A stretch of 62,152 nt of DNA, filler included, from Sphacelaria rigidula (Eukaryota): NCBI GenBank assembly GCA_964200075.2. It is 10 parts of 10 records of this genome, joined end to end, with 100 filler letters (N's around TTAATTAATTAA, not from the genome) between each part and the next. Parts side by side here need not be neighbours in the genome. Positions count along the whole stretch, not along the records: positions 12,453 to 18,578 come from CAXNAA020022070.1; positions 18,679 to 24,803 come from CAXNAA020022071.1; positions 24,904 to 31,028 come from CAXNAA020022072.1; 7 more parts are not named here. One strand, given 5' to 3'. Shown here piece after piece: positions 12,911 to 26,763 of this stretch (the first letter of the stretch is position 1; the number at the start of each line of letters is the position of its first letter). The notes below the pieces were generated by a model, which made no database searches, had not been told where the DNA came from, and was given only the letters and a program-made list of their open reading frames with translations. The translations under genes were made by a program, and so were the position numbers.

Positions 12911-13273
12911 TCTCTTCAAATTATATACAAAATGAGGAGATGCTCTTTGCCACCTGTCATTTCATGGGGCGCGACTCTTCTGTGGCGGGGCCTTTTTGCA
13001 GGTGGGGTAGGCAAATAAGAGCGTACCGGTCGCGAACTCCTCAAGAGCCAAATCCTCAATAAACCCTATTTCAAAGATTATTCTCACACGTTTGCTTTGT
13101 GTTGGGTACGTCTATCATGTGACCACGGTTCACTTAAAACTGCGACAATCACTTTGTCAAAATCAAAGTAACATCGACTATAGCATAACACGCGTCTGCA
13201 TGCCCAGAGCGGTTCTGCTTGCCACCCCCCTCCCCACCCCCGAGCTACACCATTGATTGATTGATTATTACCA

Positions 13274-13740
13274 TTGACAGCTTTTATTTCATTTGTGATT
13301 TCATGCTGTGCTCTGTTGTACGGTTGGCCTGAATATACTGTTTACAACACCGCGAACAGTTGCGAAGAAGACAGCACTAGCACGAGTCGTCCCCGCATGC
13401 GCACGGGAGTTTTCGAGAAAACTCCGGCAGCGTATGCTGCAGTCCGCAGACATTACGGTACAGCATGGTACAGCACGCATCTGCACGCTCAGAGCGATTA
13501 TTCTAGCCATTTATTTTCCCGAACTAAGCTAATGACTGCCTTCTGCCTCTTTTTTTTTCGTTCTGCAGTAAAGTTGGCCTAAATATAAATATATGGAACA
13601 ACCCGACGACAGCTTCAGAAAGCACCAGTACTGCAAGAGTCGTCTCCGCGTGTTCGGGTGACTTTTCGGGACCACTCCGGCAGCGCCCACAGCACAGTAC
13701 TGTGCGATCTCTACAGTGCACAACAGATCACAGTAGTACG
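13274..13740 (+). repeat. Diverged tandem duplication of about 255 bp between the two minisatellite blocks
   Basis: ttggcctraatata...gagtcgtcyccgc...actccggcagcg occurs twice (about 13325-13431 and 13574-13685). Confidence 0.65.
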
Positions 13741-13769
13741 AAACCTTCCGTGCATAACACGGGTAAGTA

Positions 13770-14215
13770 TTGTTATTTTCCCCCTTGATTCGTTCAGCGT
13801 GAATCGCGTGATACATGCACATGTTTTCAACCTTGCATTTGTGAGCATGAATCATAGATACATGTTTCCCATCTTCCATTTATACGAGATGAATCAAGCT
13901 TACATATATCTCCCCGTTCATTCATGCAGCGTGAATCGTGGGCACATGTTCCTCACCTTTCATTAATACGAGGTGGATCATCCGTACATATTTCTCTATT
14001 TCCATCCGTGCAGCATGAATCATACGCATATGTTCTCCGCCTTCTATCTATACGAGGTGAATCAAGCGTACACACTTCCGAATTTGCCGCTCATGCAGCA
14101 GGAGTCATACATGTTCTCCGTCTTACATCCATACGAGATGAATCAAGTGTACATGTTTCCCACCAACCATTCATACAGGAGTTGTGACTCATACATATAT
14201 TTTGCACTCTTGATT
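13770..14215 (+). repeat. Degenerate 42-bp minisatellite, block 2 (about 10 units, alternating A/B variants)
   Basis: Same unit as block 1; tacgagrtgaatca units alternate with tgcagcrtgaatc units. Confidence 0.88.
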
Positions 14216-14439
14216 CGTGACACTACTTGAAGTGTACACGTCCCCAGTCCGTGATCCGTGCGGTAGGACTTTGAACGTACAACTTTCCATCCGTGATTCA
14301 TACCGGATGCCGTTTTGGTACATGGTTCGCATCCAAGATTCATGAGGAGCCAACCCGTATAAACTCTGGTTCGTCCGAACCGTGAATGGATTCTTGAAAA
14401 GATATGAGCAAGCAGCGGGAGCTATCTAGATCATGGCGA

Positions 14440-15020
14440 TCCGGCGGTGTAATGGCACTCGATGGTTGTCCCAGTAGAATGCAAACACAAACACCCGATC
14501 GCCCACATTCACAGCAGCAGCACTATAGTGCAGTGTGTACAGCAACTTGATCAAACAGCGCGTCCACGCTGACTGTCTATATCGATTGACTGTGGTGGGT
14601 GTTGCATTCGCCCCAGTCAATATTTTCAATCGAAATGCACATGCCGATTCAAGGCATGAATGATGAACAATGTTGTCTCTACTGTACAGCAAACAACAGA
14701 CAGCGGTATATCCCAATCTCGATGTCCAAAGAACGACACGAAGAAGCAGTCGAGGACAAACATAGTTCCAAGGAACCGTCGGAGCTCTTGCACTGTTTCC
14801 GAAGTGTTCCTTGGCATCTACTAATCATATTTTACTGATATCGACATGTCAGACAAAAACAAAATGAACGCCCTGTGATGGTTGACAGAACAGCTGTTGA
14901 CAAGACTGTTGGATATTTTCATATGTGAACAAGTGTAGAAGCATGCCGTTCGGATTCCAAGCAAGAGCACAGGACAACAAAAGCAACGGCACAACTGACC
15001 CGGGGCAACGCATAGCATTC

Positions 15021-15066
<46 letters not shown>

Positions 15067-15320
15067 GAATAGGAAAGTAGAGACCGATCCATCCTGTCAG
15101 ATCTCGGCTAGTACATCCTGGATGTAAATGGTGACTGGAGTGAATGCAACATCCACCTTAGTCAATCGAAACACATTGTCAGCGTGGACGCGATCTTTGA
15201 CCATGTTGCTGCGCATATTGTTCTATAGTGGTGTTGCTGTGAGTGTGGGTGACGGATGCTTGCGTTGCATTTCATTGAAACAACCAAGTCGTGATCAATT
15301 GCCGTTACACCGGCCGGACA
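14440..15320. repeat. Long imperfect inverted repeat (arms about 14440-14622 and 15125-15320)
   Basis: cgcgtccacgctgac...tcgattgact...tgttgcattc-c-ccagtca is mirrored by tgactggagtgaatgcaaca...agtcaatcga...gtcagcgtggacgcg. Confidence 0.8.
15023..15064 (+). repeat. (CA)21 microsatellite
   Basis: Perfect dinucleotide run. Confidence 0.97.
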
Positions 15321-17644
15321 TGTTGGTTTCTGCGGTCCAGAGTGGGTCGCAGTGACTAATTGCCGCGCAGTGAGACATGTCCAGACAGCGTAGTGCCGTG
15401 CAGACCTGCTCGGGCTTGTTGACCGTAGGTTGCATAAGATTCAACACTTTCAAAAGATGCCACACCCCCTTCGAAAAATTTCACAATACCACCCCCGTGT
15501 ACTATTTTTTTCAAAACCGAGAAATGCGCCAATTTATCACACGGTGACAAAAGGTATCACACCCCCTGGATCGAGTCGCATATCATCCACGGAGCCCCGG
15601 CTTATCACACGGGTGTGATCACGCGCGACAACGCACACAAGCACACGCAACCTGCCTGCCACAGCTGTGGAGACCGACAATGTCATGGAAAAATATACAA
15701 AACACAACCCTGCTGAAAGCTCCGCGCCCCAGACTGCAGTGCGTCAGACCCTAGCGGCGGCTCCACGGTCCATGAAGTCATATTTTCAACTCGCTACGGA
15801 AAAAAGTCTTTTTTTCACGCTACGTTATTATCATCACACCCCCTGTAGGGATATCCTCGTAGCGCCCTTCACCACACGGGCGACATTATAACACCTCTGT
15901 ATGTGGGGTCCTGTGGGTGCACTTCATCACGCCGGTGACAGAAGATATCACATCTCACACACAATGTCACACCAGTGTGATGATTGTTTTGCGCCCGAAA
16001 TGTTATTACACAGGCGTGATATCTTGTGCAACCTACGGTATGTTGATGGCAAAATATGAACAAAAGTGGTTGGTTTTAACCAGCAAACACATCGGTAAGA
16101 ACCACGCCGTGCCATGTTATGCTGACAACTTTTTCCGTGTGGGGGCGGGGTACGTTTCGTTTTGTATGCGTAACGATGTCTTGAGCGAGCACCGACCAAA
16201 ATCCATGCTTATGCCGAAGCTGACTGATTGATGACGATGCTATATATTTTTGCACGTTTGCCATTGTGCTCACGCCCTGTTGGTGCGCCATTTTTTACCC
16301 ATCGTCACTACTCAGGCGGAAGACCCAGAAGAGTTTGAGAGGATGCTTGCCGAGGAGGCAGCAACTGAGGCGTCAGGCGCCGGGGTAGCAGCAACAGCTG
16401 CAGGGACGTAACAGACGCCGTAACCGGATCACGATCCGGCTTTTCGATTTACTTCGTCTCTGGCGTGAAGGTCCTCTTCAAGGTGTTGATTCTCCGTTGT
16501 TGGTGTAGTGGATGTTGAGAGTGACTGCGTGGCAAGGGATCACGGCAGAGGGATTAGATTGGGTGCTGTGGATCTTTCCGGGGAGCCTTTTCTGTAAATG
16601 TTGATGTACGCCGTGTGTCGTGGTGTGCGTACGAAAGACCCAAGTGAATGTGCGCGGCTGGTATTGTGTCAGACTTGAGAAATGGGGGTATGGACGATGA
16701 TGTCGGCCGTTGGACGAAGTTTTTGCGACGACAGGACATGTGGGAGCGTTCGAGGTTTAAAATATGGTAACGTGAAGGTTTTGTGTGGTGTACATTGCTC
16801 TATACATTGCTGTACATCAGCAGTCTTGCACAGAATACATACTCGCCGTCCATGAACCACGCAAGTCGATGGAATGGTCACTCCGCTCCTCCCGGGCCTC
16901 GTTCTTGGCTCCAAACACACATCGTTGACTTCGTGAGCTTTTCGACTGTTCTTCGAACAGGCCCTCATCCCTCTGTCATAAACCACCCCTGCCCCATGGA
17001 AACCCCTGGATGCCCCTTGACAGTCAGCCGGTGAAACTGTTCCGAGGCGACGCTCGGAGTCAAATGCTCACGAGACAAAGAAGAACGCACGATGAGGACG
17101 AGAATGACTCTCGTGGTGTTCGTGTATTTTTTTCCTTCCCTTTGAGTGGTTGAGAGCCGATGTCCCATTCCCATTGCCCGAATTCACTCTCAAAAGAATT
17201 CATATTTTTGAATTCAAGAAGTTAGGGCGTATCTTGGCAAACTATTTCTCGTTCGGAAAAATGCAGTACGGTGGGAAAGAATAAAACCCGATGTGACCGG
17301 TCGTCATTTGATCGTATGTCGACGTAATTGTGTTGATATGATGACCTATCAGATCGGAGTTTTTCTTTTTCACTCTGTATTTCGATCGAAGAATAATCTA
17401 TCTGCCAAGACGCGGGCATTGAACAGAGGGAAAATCCAATGATAATGCGAAAGGGACCAGAAATGGTCGCCACGAGTGGGCTAGTTCGCTCTTGATAGCG
17501 TGCACAGCTGGCTTTCCCATTTTCACCAGTAGCCACGCGTGAAACACGCACGACGTGCATAGCTCCCGAAGAGAACGCACAGCTATATATCTCAGCTCTT
17601 CGCCGAGTGAGCAAGCAAGCATGAACCCATCGGCGAGTAGCTAG

Positions 17645-17744
17645 GACCAAAGTCTACCGACGCTAGCAATTTGGAGTTGTACCGGAGAGCAGTACGCGAG
17701 GAAAACGCCAAAACACCCCGGAATAGTTAGACCGCCCACTACTG
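17645..17744 (+). mobile_element. Right end of the Tc1/mariner-type MITE family seen complete at 19586-20132
   Basis: About 100 bp homologous to 20034-20132, ending aatagttagaccgcccactactg|ta. Confidence 0.75.
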
Positions 17745-18249
17745 TACATTATGTCTAAGATCGAAACGCGGGCGGTCTCTCGCACGAGGAAGACCAGTAG
17801 CAGCAGCAGTATCGACACTGGCTGATTCAGTCGTATCCCCGACCGCAAACAGCTGCTGGTGGTACAAAGAATGCTGCTGGTTTTGCTGGTGCTGCTGCGT
17901 TCCTCGTCCAGGAGCGCGGTCTGCATTCCAACCGTCCAGGAGTGCCTATGCACATTGCGCATGATTGCCGCCTTTCTGGGAATACCCGGTCTGCCTGCGT
18001 GTTTTTACCGTCGTCATGGCATTTTCATCATTTTTATTTTGCGTTTGACAGGAAAGGAGGGCGATTTCTCGTGAAAATACAGCTGAAGCGCTGCACAGCT
18101 CACCCTTTGTAGCATGACCAACGAGCACAAATACTACCCCCTTGGAGAATATGCTCGCCCGAAGTTAGGAGCAGAAATTACCAAAATGAAAAAAAGCAGA
18201 GCGCGTATGAGCCTGATAATTACTCCTTGCCAGCTAAATATTAACAACA

Positions 18250-18515
18250 TTTTCGTGAAATTGAGAGTGAAGAGCGGTCAATTAGTGAATGAGCCGTTTC
18301 AGTTCCGAAATGCACCTCCACCAGGCCTGATATTATCCCTGCAGTAACTTGCCACTGAGGTCCTCGATACCCCTGAGTAGGATATCAACGTGTAGCTGTA
18401 CGTACATGGCAGTGATGAGACGACGAAAAGCACACACGGAATGAGAAGTTGGCCAAGTTAAAGCGAATGATCAAAACCACTCTCAATCCGCACCCAACTC
18501 TCGATCTCACGAAAA
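18250..18515. mobile_element. MITE-like element, TTTTCGTGAGATTGAGAGT terminus family
   Basis: Left ttttcgtgaaattgagagt and right actctcgatctcacgaaaa; internal tttcagttccgaaatgc shared with 48816-49264; single ends also at 12291 and 61552. Confidence 0.65.
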
Positions 18516-18578
18516 CCTTGTTATTATAGAGGTAAGTAATATCACGATTATTCTGATCTTGAGTTCTAGGTCGCTCAC

Positions 18579-18678
18579 NNNNNNNNNNNNNNNNNNNNNN
18601 NNNNNNNNNNNNNNNNNNNNNNTTAATTAATTAANNNNNNNNNNNNNNNNNNNNNNNNNNNNNNNNNNNNNNNNNNNN
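18579..18678. other. Artificial contig linker
   Basis: N44-TTAATTAATTAA-N44. Confidence 0.99.
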
Positions 18679-19585
18679 GTTGGCTGTGGTACTTTCGGTC
18701 TGTGTTACTCTTTCGTATCTTCCCTGCAATAGAAAAATGCGACTTCAGCCCCATTTTAGTTTTGAACCCCAAAATGTAAAATCGGCTGTTAAAAGCTGTT
18801 TGAAACAAATCTTTCTTTGCCCATCAATTCATCCTGTAATTGGGCAAAGAAAAGACTTATTTACGAGCAGCCTCTGCTGTTCAAGTCCCATATACGAATG
18901 TGGGTTCACACGACCGCGACATGCAGCTTTAGCCGGTGGGTATATGGTGCACCGGGGGGAAATACCTCGCTATTGAATAGATACAGGTTCTGAAAACCCC
19001 GTAGCCCATGGTCTACGACTAGATTGAAAACCGCAAAACATTTTCTTCATGCATATACTTTGATATAACGATCACAACGAGAATAAGCACGCGGGTTGGT
19101 GCTGTATATACTGGACTGTACAATACGGTACAGGACAGTGCTATATATCGTGCTTATACACGTACGGTGCAATATACTGCAGAGTGATAGCGTGGCATAT
19201 GGGCTACGTATGGCTATACAGAGTGGATGCCTGTAACTTTGCGTACATGGGGGCATTATATACCATCAGCTACTGCAATATAGACCACGACGCGCGTTCT
19301 TGCAGCATGCGGACAACTGCCGTCAGTAGGACGTGAAAGGGCAGCGGACAAAGTACAGTACAGACAGCGCAGGGCTATATATGTTTTCTGTTCACAGTGA
19401 GACGTGCAAATGACTCGAACAGCGTGCGCAGCTTTGTTTATGGCTGCGCACTGTCCATGATCACTCGAGTGTGTAGGCAGTGAGCCGTTCATTTCCCGCA
19501 CCCTATGTCCCCCGCGTGCTTCCGCCGCCGCGCCTGTGCCCAACCCGTGCTCTTTCCTGCAGGGTTGTGGTGGTAGCTGAAAATC

Positions 19586-20132
19586 CAGTAGTGGGCGGTT
19601 TAACTATTCATTTTGAGGCATTTTATGATTTCTTCGTCATTAGCGTTTTCTCGTGCTCTTTCCGCTTGCCACCACTCATCACATTGGGGATCTGAAAATA
19701 TTTGTATCCGTTCCACATTCCAAGAAAAAAAACTTCTGTGCTCAATATTGAGTGACTTACGGGGTGGCCGGTCATCGGGAGTCCTGCGATGTTTCAGCGC
19801 AAATTATCACTCTTCGGTATGCTCGGCCGATCGAGCCTGTCCCGGACATATTTTCAAATATATGTACAGTTTTATCGTTTTAAAATTCCGCCTGCTCATT
19901 GCACTAGAGCCGAAAAACTGTTTTCCACGGTCAATAATACCCTCCTGATGAACGGGGTATTTACTCGTTTTGCCCGATGACACCAAGTAGCACTGACTTG
20001 GGCACTGTGTTTTGAGGATGATCTATGAATTGTACCAAAATCTACCGACGCTAGCAATTTCGAGTTCCATCGAAGAGTAGCACGCGAGGAAAATCTCAAA
20101 ACCCCGCTGAATAGTTAGACCGCCCACTACTG
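19586..20132. mobile_element. Tc1/mariner-type MITE, 547 bp
   Basis: 25-bp TIR CAGTAGTGGGCGGT(T/C)TAACTATTCA with 1 mismatch; right end followed by TA here and at the other copies (17744, 50310); left flank is TC. Confidence 0.8.
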
Positions 20133-21517
20133 TAAGTGTTGTGCGGGTTTTGCATGGTTCGATCTGTGAACACGGCGGGTGATAAAGTACCACAAGATTG
20201 CTGGGGTATGCATTTCACAGCAGCAGCGATATGATCATGTAGGGAAACTCGAGGAGTACTCACTGGAGCATTAGATGCCCTCCAGAGGGTTCGTTGATGT
20301 CCATTCCAGAGAGATTTGCTACCGTAGTTCAGTTCGAGTTTGATCGCATTCACCTCGGTTTCTAACATCACCGAGATGCTAACGTAGTTTGAACTATTTC
20401 TACGTCTGAGCTTAGATTTTGGCGTGATTGCGCTCGACAGCCTCTTGTCACAATGGAAATGTTTCAAGTGCTCTGGTCATGAAAAGAGTAAGGGGGTCGA
20501 GGGATTTGATAATGTGAACCCTTTGATAAATCATGGCAGGTTCTGTTCGGTCGATTTGATTAACTGATCTTGACTGTGGAAATATATGTTTGAGTTGGAT
20601 GACGGGAAAAACATGGTTTGATATTACCATGAAATATACTCCCGCGAATAGGAAAGTGGCATTGGATAAGGGGGGCATAGAATATTGGAGGCGCTGTTTT
20701 CCAGACAGATATGACCTTTTACATTGCTGAGTTTTTTTAGTTTTACTGTGTAACTATGTTATGAGCATTATTTGACTCTGGCATGAGTAAGGGGTCGTGA
20801 GTTTATCTCTGTGATGATGAGCGACAAGGACCAGCTCCAGTCAGGGGGGCTACGAATACGCCTGGATTGGATCCTTGTAAATGTCTACTAGTGTTGAACC
20901 GTGTGCAATCACGGTCAGATTGAATGCAAAAGAGACTAGTGGGGCAGTCCGAGAATGAACCAATCACGAACACGGGATCGTATAGCATAACGTATGTACC
21001 ACATACCCCGTAGTATGTCACAAGACATCTTCACCGTGTCAGCTATATGTGGAGTGGTGTTCGCGCGGCAGGTCGGGAGGAGCGTGTGATATATTGTCTA
21101 TGTTTGATAGGTGAGTCAAGAGTAAAAGAGTGAATTATGCAGAGAGGTATACACTACTTTCTCCTCTGTCTAGTCTTCGTTGTGCACGGGGCTATCAAAT
21201 AGGCACAACGACACATCCCATATACGAGACGCTACAGGAGTGCAAAAATATTTATCTCGTCCTACCTGATACGGTGGCTTAAATCGCATCCTGCACGTCA
21301 GTTCTAGGCTCGCGAGGATATTTGTTCATGGGGAAGACCTACGTGTTACATTGATCAGTATTACTACTTTCCGATGGAAACTCCATGTCGATCACAAACG
21401 TAAAGGACAAAGATTGTTTACAACGCACGACACACCCGACCCCTTTACACCACGACTAGTTCCACATTTTGCCACGTACGATATCGCTCCACCCACCCTC
21501 ACGAATAACGAATAACA

Positions 21518-21547
21518 ACCACCACCACCACCACCACCACCACCACC
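21518..21547 (+). repeat. (ACC)10 microsatellite
   Basis: Perfect trinucleotide run. Confidence 0.95.
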
Positions 21548-23259
21548 TCACATTACAATTTCAAGCTCACCTCCAGCGATATCACTTGAACTATCACATA
21601 TATAACTGTTCCATGTGTTGAATACCGTTGTCGCTGTACTACCTAAACCAACATGGTCACCGCAATATAAAAACAACTAGCCCACAACAGTATACGTCGC
21701 ATGTACGTCTTCTGTCGCCCATACTATCTAGTGTCCCATTTGTCCAAGGAGCGCGCCTCTTTGTACTTGTCAGAAAGCATAGTTACCACTATACAGGCGA
21801 CAATCATACCATGCATGCACTGCGCATCTTTCACCGCGTGAGCTAAGCCTCAACAGGCCGTAGTCATATCACCACCACGATTTTACCATCAACACAACAC
21901 CGCTGCCACCACGTCCATCACCATCACTATCATCACTACCACGGTCACTGCCTCCACTTTGTTACTACTTTTACCTACTTATTGTCATGATAATTTCTAC
22001 AAGGGGCCTCTAAAAATATATTTCATGTGTGCCGTTCCTGACACCCACAGATCACATACAATTATGCACATCGAGGAAAATCCTCATCCCGGAACACGCT
22101 ATGACGCCAAACCAATTATGGCTGTGCGACCACATCACACGATATCTCCAGGATTTCATGAAAGCTAGAAGATAAACAATCGCCTTCTCACCGATACTAA
22201 ATACGAAAGCGCTCCAAACCACAACGAGATTGTGCACCCTACATTACGATACATCCTTTGGTACAAACCTGCAACAGGCAAGTCAATCACCGGCTCGCAA
22301 CGTCGGCACATATAGTTAGCTTGACATCCTCAAACGAAAGAAACCCTAGGTTGGAGTTGTATCTAGTATGCAGGCAGTGTGCGACGACTGAGTGCTCCAT
22401 CCGATATCTCCAAACCAACACACATGCCACCCTTTTTGTGCCTGCAGTGTTGTTGTGACACTCATCTTACTCTCAAGCCGCTACAGCCACGTCATGTTCC
22501 ACAGCGGAGTGCTGCTGGGTACCCGGCGATCGTAAGTGGGAAGCTCCGTGTGCCTCGTGCAGGTTGAGTGTGTTCTGAAGAAGTACGGCTGCGTCAATCG
22601 ATAAGGCGACATCACGGCCGGGAAACAGGCGTACACAGAGGAAGAGAGGAGCAGAAGAGATTCATTGTCACGATTGGATCGAGTATGATGGGGCAGCTTG
22701 AGTACTGCCAAAATATATGACGTTAGCCATCTGCGTGCAGATTCACGGATGCTATGGTATTTTGGAGGCGTCGCCTCTGGCAAACAAACACAAGAAGGTA
22801 ACGTAAAGACAAGAGTTCGCGGTAGCGGGCATGACCTGGTACATAATATAAGATACGCCATTGGCACCCATCCTCTACTATATCTACCTGTGTGTAAGGC
22901 GTCAGCTTCATTGAAAGATTGAAAATCAACATGTCGCTTGAGACAGATGAAAGGAATGCTGCAAGGTACTTGGATATGGCTCATGGTTGTTTCCGTCTGC
23001 GTACAGTGTATGGGCTTCATTGAAGATTGAAAACATACATTCCGCCTCGTGCAAGATCGACGGGTTGTTGTAAGATGGGCTGATTGGTATCATGGGAGAT
23101 CAATAGTAAATTCGGAATCGTTCGGCAAATTCGAAGCGGCCAGATTACTGGTCAGGGGCTGCACCGGGTCTTCAATGTGTTTTTTTCTTTTTCCCTTATT
23201 TTTTTTGTTCCCGGTAGTAGTGTCTGACCGATGACGATGCGTGTGAGATTCGTCCGAGG

Positions 23260-23415
23260 GAAAATGGCCGCTTTGGATCCGGCAAAACGCGCGAAGATAC
23301 TGTCGAACAGCAATAACAAACTTTGCTGGCATTGACATACGGGAATCAGTACAGAACTGAACAGAAATCTGCAGTTTAATGTTCTTATTAGTAAGCAACG
23401 CGCATGAAACGATTT
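23260..23415 (-). repeat. Dispersed repeat homologous to 55765-55928 (+)
   Basis: Shared blocks cgtttcatgcgc, gatttctgttc, tattgctgttcgacagt-tcttcg, aagcggc. Confidence 0.75.
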
Positions 23416-24803
23416 GTCATAGAGGAGAAACTCTCTGTTCCCCCGTTCGTGTTACATGCACTTACAAAACCTCTGTCGTCGTTCTCTCATACCTGGTGGG
23501 GGGGGCGGGGAAGCCACCCTTCCTCAGGTCTTGAGAGTGCTTTAAATTGTATGGACGTAGTTGAGAAAATCGAAATGTTTTGTTTTCACAGCTTTTACGA
23601 AATTTGGTTCATGTTCTTACGGTGGCTGACCTCTGAGCAGATGGCAGTCAGTACAGTAGAGCAACGAAAGCTAGCTATGATCGGGTTTGCCTGCCGTACT
23701 GCCGCCAGCGTTGCTTGAAAGGCACAAGACCTTTGCGGTCGGCGGTTGATGGCGTGGGTGTCAAATGCAACGAGAAGTGTTTGATCATAGAGCACTCTTG
23801 TCCCTCGTGGCGTCATATCTCGCCCCAGCTTATAATGCATGACGTCCTCACATCGGAATTGATTATGGAAAGCTACTGGACCGAGATGTTCACGCAGCCA
23901 GGGTGTGCTCCAGATTGCAGCATGGACGCATCCCTCTGCGCCACGCTAGCAACCGCTCGGTCACCACCAAAGGTATCTTTTTTCACTCCGCATGTCAAGA
24001 AGTTCTCCACAAGTGTTTGACGTCTCATACACCCCCCACAACTGATGTGTCGCACGCTCTTGCGGTCGGGCACCCGGATGGTCACATGTCGGGTAAGATC
24101 GACGATGAATAACACCCCTCATGTTCAAAGTGGATCTGTTATTGCCGCAGCACCGCCCTTGCTGGCATGTGTGTGACAGAGAACAGTAGTGGTGACGGGA
24201 ACATGCCTTGTTTTTCAACATGTTTTTCAGCGCAAAGAGGCGCGTCCTGTCCAAAATGAGAGACAGAGAAAAATCAATCTTCGCATTTGGTGAGCTCCAC
24301 AGACAAGAAGAGACGACATCCCTGCGCACCTCGATGTTTTTGGGGGGGCTGCGCTCAGCAACATGATGACATACCCACCGGCACATGAGAAATTGGGGAC
24401 ATGCTGGTATGATGCCAGTTTCTCGGGTAATCGCCGAGCGAGGACACATGAAGGACACGGGCGAGGAGCTTCCTCTCTGTCGTTGCTTCTCTCTCTGGTG
24501 ATATCGTCATCGACACGCGTTTACATCGCATTCGTTCGGTGCACCTAGCTACAACTGCTTCACTGCTGCAGACTTTGGGGGGGACGATGGTTTCGCTCTG
24601 TGTAACTTCGCATTATCCCTGCTAAACAAGAATGCCACTTGAACCTCATTTTAAATATCAATCCCATTCTCCAGGATCCACCGTCATACGCATGTCAAGG
24701 CCAGCTTCCAAAAAAGCGCAACTCGACCTATAGAGGGAAATGTACCAATTAAGATACAGAGCCAATTAAGATACAAGTTTTTTGAGTCGTTCATATTTCC
24801 GCG

Positions 24804-24903
24804 NNNNNNNNNNNNNNNNNNNNNNNNNNNNNNNNNNNNNNNNNNNNTTAATTAATTAANNNNNNNNNNNNNNNNNNNNNNNNNNNNNNNNNNNNNNNNN
24901 NNN
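24804..24903. other. Artificial contig linker
   Basis: N44-TTAATTAATTAA-N44. Confidence 0.99.
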
Positions 24904-26686
24904 CTTCTTAGACTCCGTCGCGTCTTCATTTTTGGGGTGTTGGTGGGGAACGTGACACTAACCCCCGGCGAAACACTGGGCAACCACGGCTCTGGACGCC
25001 GCAATGGAACATGACTTCCAAATTTGAACAACAAGTGTATCTTGTGCGGTAGGATTAAGCACGTATCTCTGATCCACCACCTGTTGGTGCGCCGTGGATG
25101 GTAACACAGGATCGAGATGCTTAAAGAGCATTGTAATAAGTGGTGTTCAGAATTTAGTACTAGGGTTTCTATTATTACATACAGAAGTAACTCACTTAAA
25201 TTCTGTCAACCCCACGATCCAACATGTTCTGCAGGGGGTGTTCTGAACGACATGACACCGACAAGGTGAAGCCGTGCTGCCCCCTCGCCAGCCTTTGGCG
25301 TAATTATTTCAATCCTTCACCCCCATGTATGACATGGATCCCGTGGAAATCCAAAAGTTGTATGGGATTTTGTAAGAGCACGCAAATGCTCTCCTATATT
25401 TGACCGGAGCGGCCCAAAGTCGCCGTCGGCTGCCTGAAAAAATCTGAAAAAATCATATGTTTGCGCAAGGTTTGCGTAGAATTATGGTCATATTTCAGCC
25501 AAATCGAGCAGCAACATTGGTCGTGTGTTCACACCACCAGTTCTTCGTAGCCCATCATCCTTACACAAAAATTACTGAGAGCACAACACCCTACGGGACG
25601 CAAGAGCGACAAACCTTACTCTGAGGTATGGCAAGCGTCGCTATGACCACCCCGTGTGAGAACCGGTCAGATCCAGGGTTGTTCTACGGGCTTAGCTCTG
25701 TGCCGTGGATGCCTGTGCGGACAGAAGACCACGAGAAGGTCTGTTCAAAATCCTTAGCCGAAACGCGCGTACGGTACGCGCGACATGGCATCACCCTTTG
25801 CCTTTGGGCCGCGATGTACAGTAGTCAATGCGAGTTCATTTTTCACACTGCGAACGTTTGTGACCCTATTGTCATATGCGAGAGCTCCTCGTGTTGAGTA
25901 GTCGAGGTCTCCCCAGTCAACGGGGTCAACCCGTTGATCGCCTGAAGGTGCCCATCTTTTGAATCAACGACATTTTTATTCGAGAAGTGGACCAGAATCA
26001 GGTGCCCGTTGGAGACGAAGGTTATGACATACTAGACTATGTGCCACAGCGTTTGGTTGGAGGTGCTGGAATCCCCACTACTGACTGTACGGTCATCAGG
26101 GTGCGTTTGCGCAGTAACCTTCCTTCGACCGCCGGGGTGGGCGATCTGGGTCTCACTCACTATTTCTCGAGTCAGAGTGGTCCCGTGTCAACAGAAAATG
26201 GCTCACCGTGGCGGCCAAACTTTTAAAATCAAGTCACAAGACATGAGTGAACTCGAGTACACATTTTTTGGGGTCAAGATCGAGGTTGGCTAAAGCAGAT
26301 GCTTTTTGCGTCCATTTTACCACTACAGTACTTGCACTCGAGTGTCGTTTCGCGAGTGTTACCGTTTACACAAGATACCTCTTGCTGTACGTCTATATTG
26401 CGCCGCGACAGGATTCCCACGAGCGGGGCCGGTTGATCGTGTTTTTTGCCGGTAATCGGGCGACGCGGTGCTTGATTTTTGGGCAGTAGGGCGCTGGAAA
26501 TCTGACACGACATGCTTATCATGCACACGCGCATTGCGAAGCTGGAAAATGTCACAACTCTTCGTGAAAAGAAAAAAAATGGCGGAATCCCTCGTCGAGA
26601 AGTCTGTGCTTGCGCGCGGATGATCCTGGTAAACGTTCGGCTGAAAACTCCGAAAATTGGGCCCAGCGTGGAATTCTTGGTGTGAC

Positions 26687-26763
26687 ACCGCTGCGCCCCT
26701 GTATTCTTATAGTAGTGATAAAGGAGACTCCAGCTTATGCGGTCACGAGTTCGAATCCCGACA
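26687..26763 (+). repeat. Degenerate tRNA-like head (SINE-type), related to 46420-46498
   Basis: Shared start ccgctgcgcccc and B-box-like gagttcgaatcccgac; no intact cloverleaf. Confidence 0.45.

Noticed and set aside
23640..24460. Coding-looking minus-strand stretch (GVLFIVDLTRHVT, small-GTPase-like)
   Set aside because: No other G-box motifs, no consistent exon structure and stops in all frames.
25987..26226. ORF with VPVGDEGYDIL, reminiscent of piggyBac transposases
   Set aside because: The match is too short and there are no further transposase motifs or TTAA-flanked TIRs.
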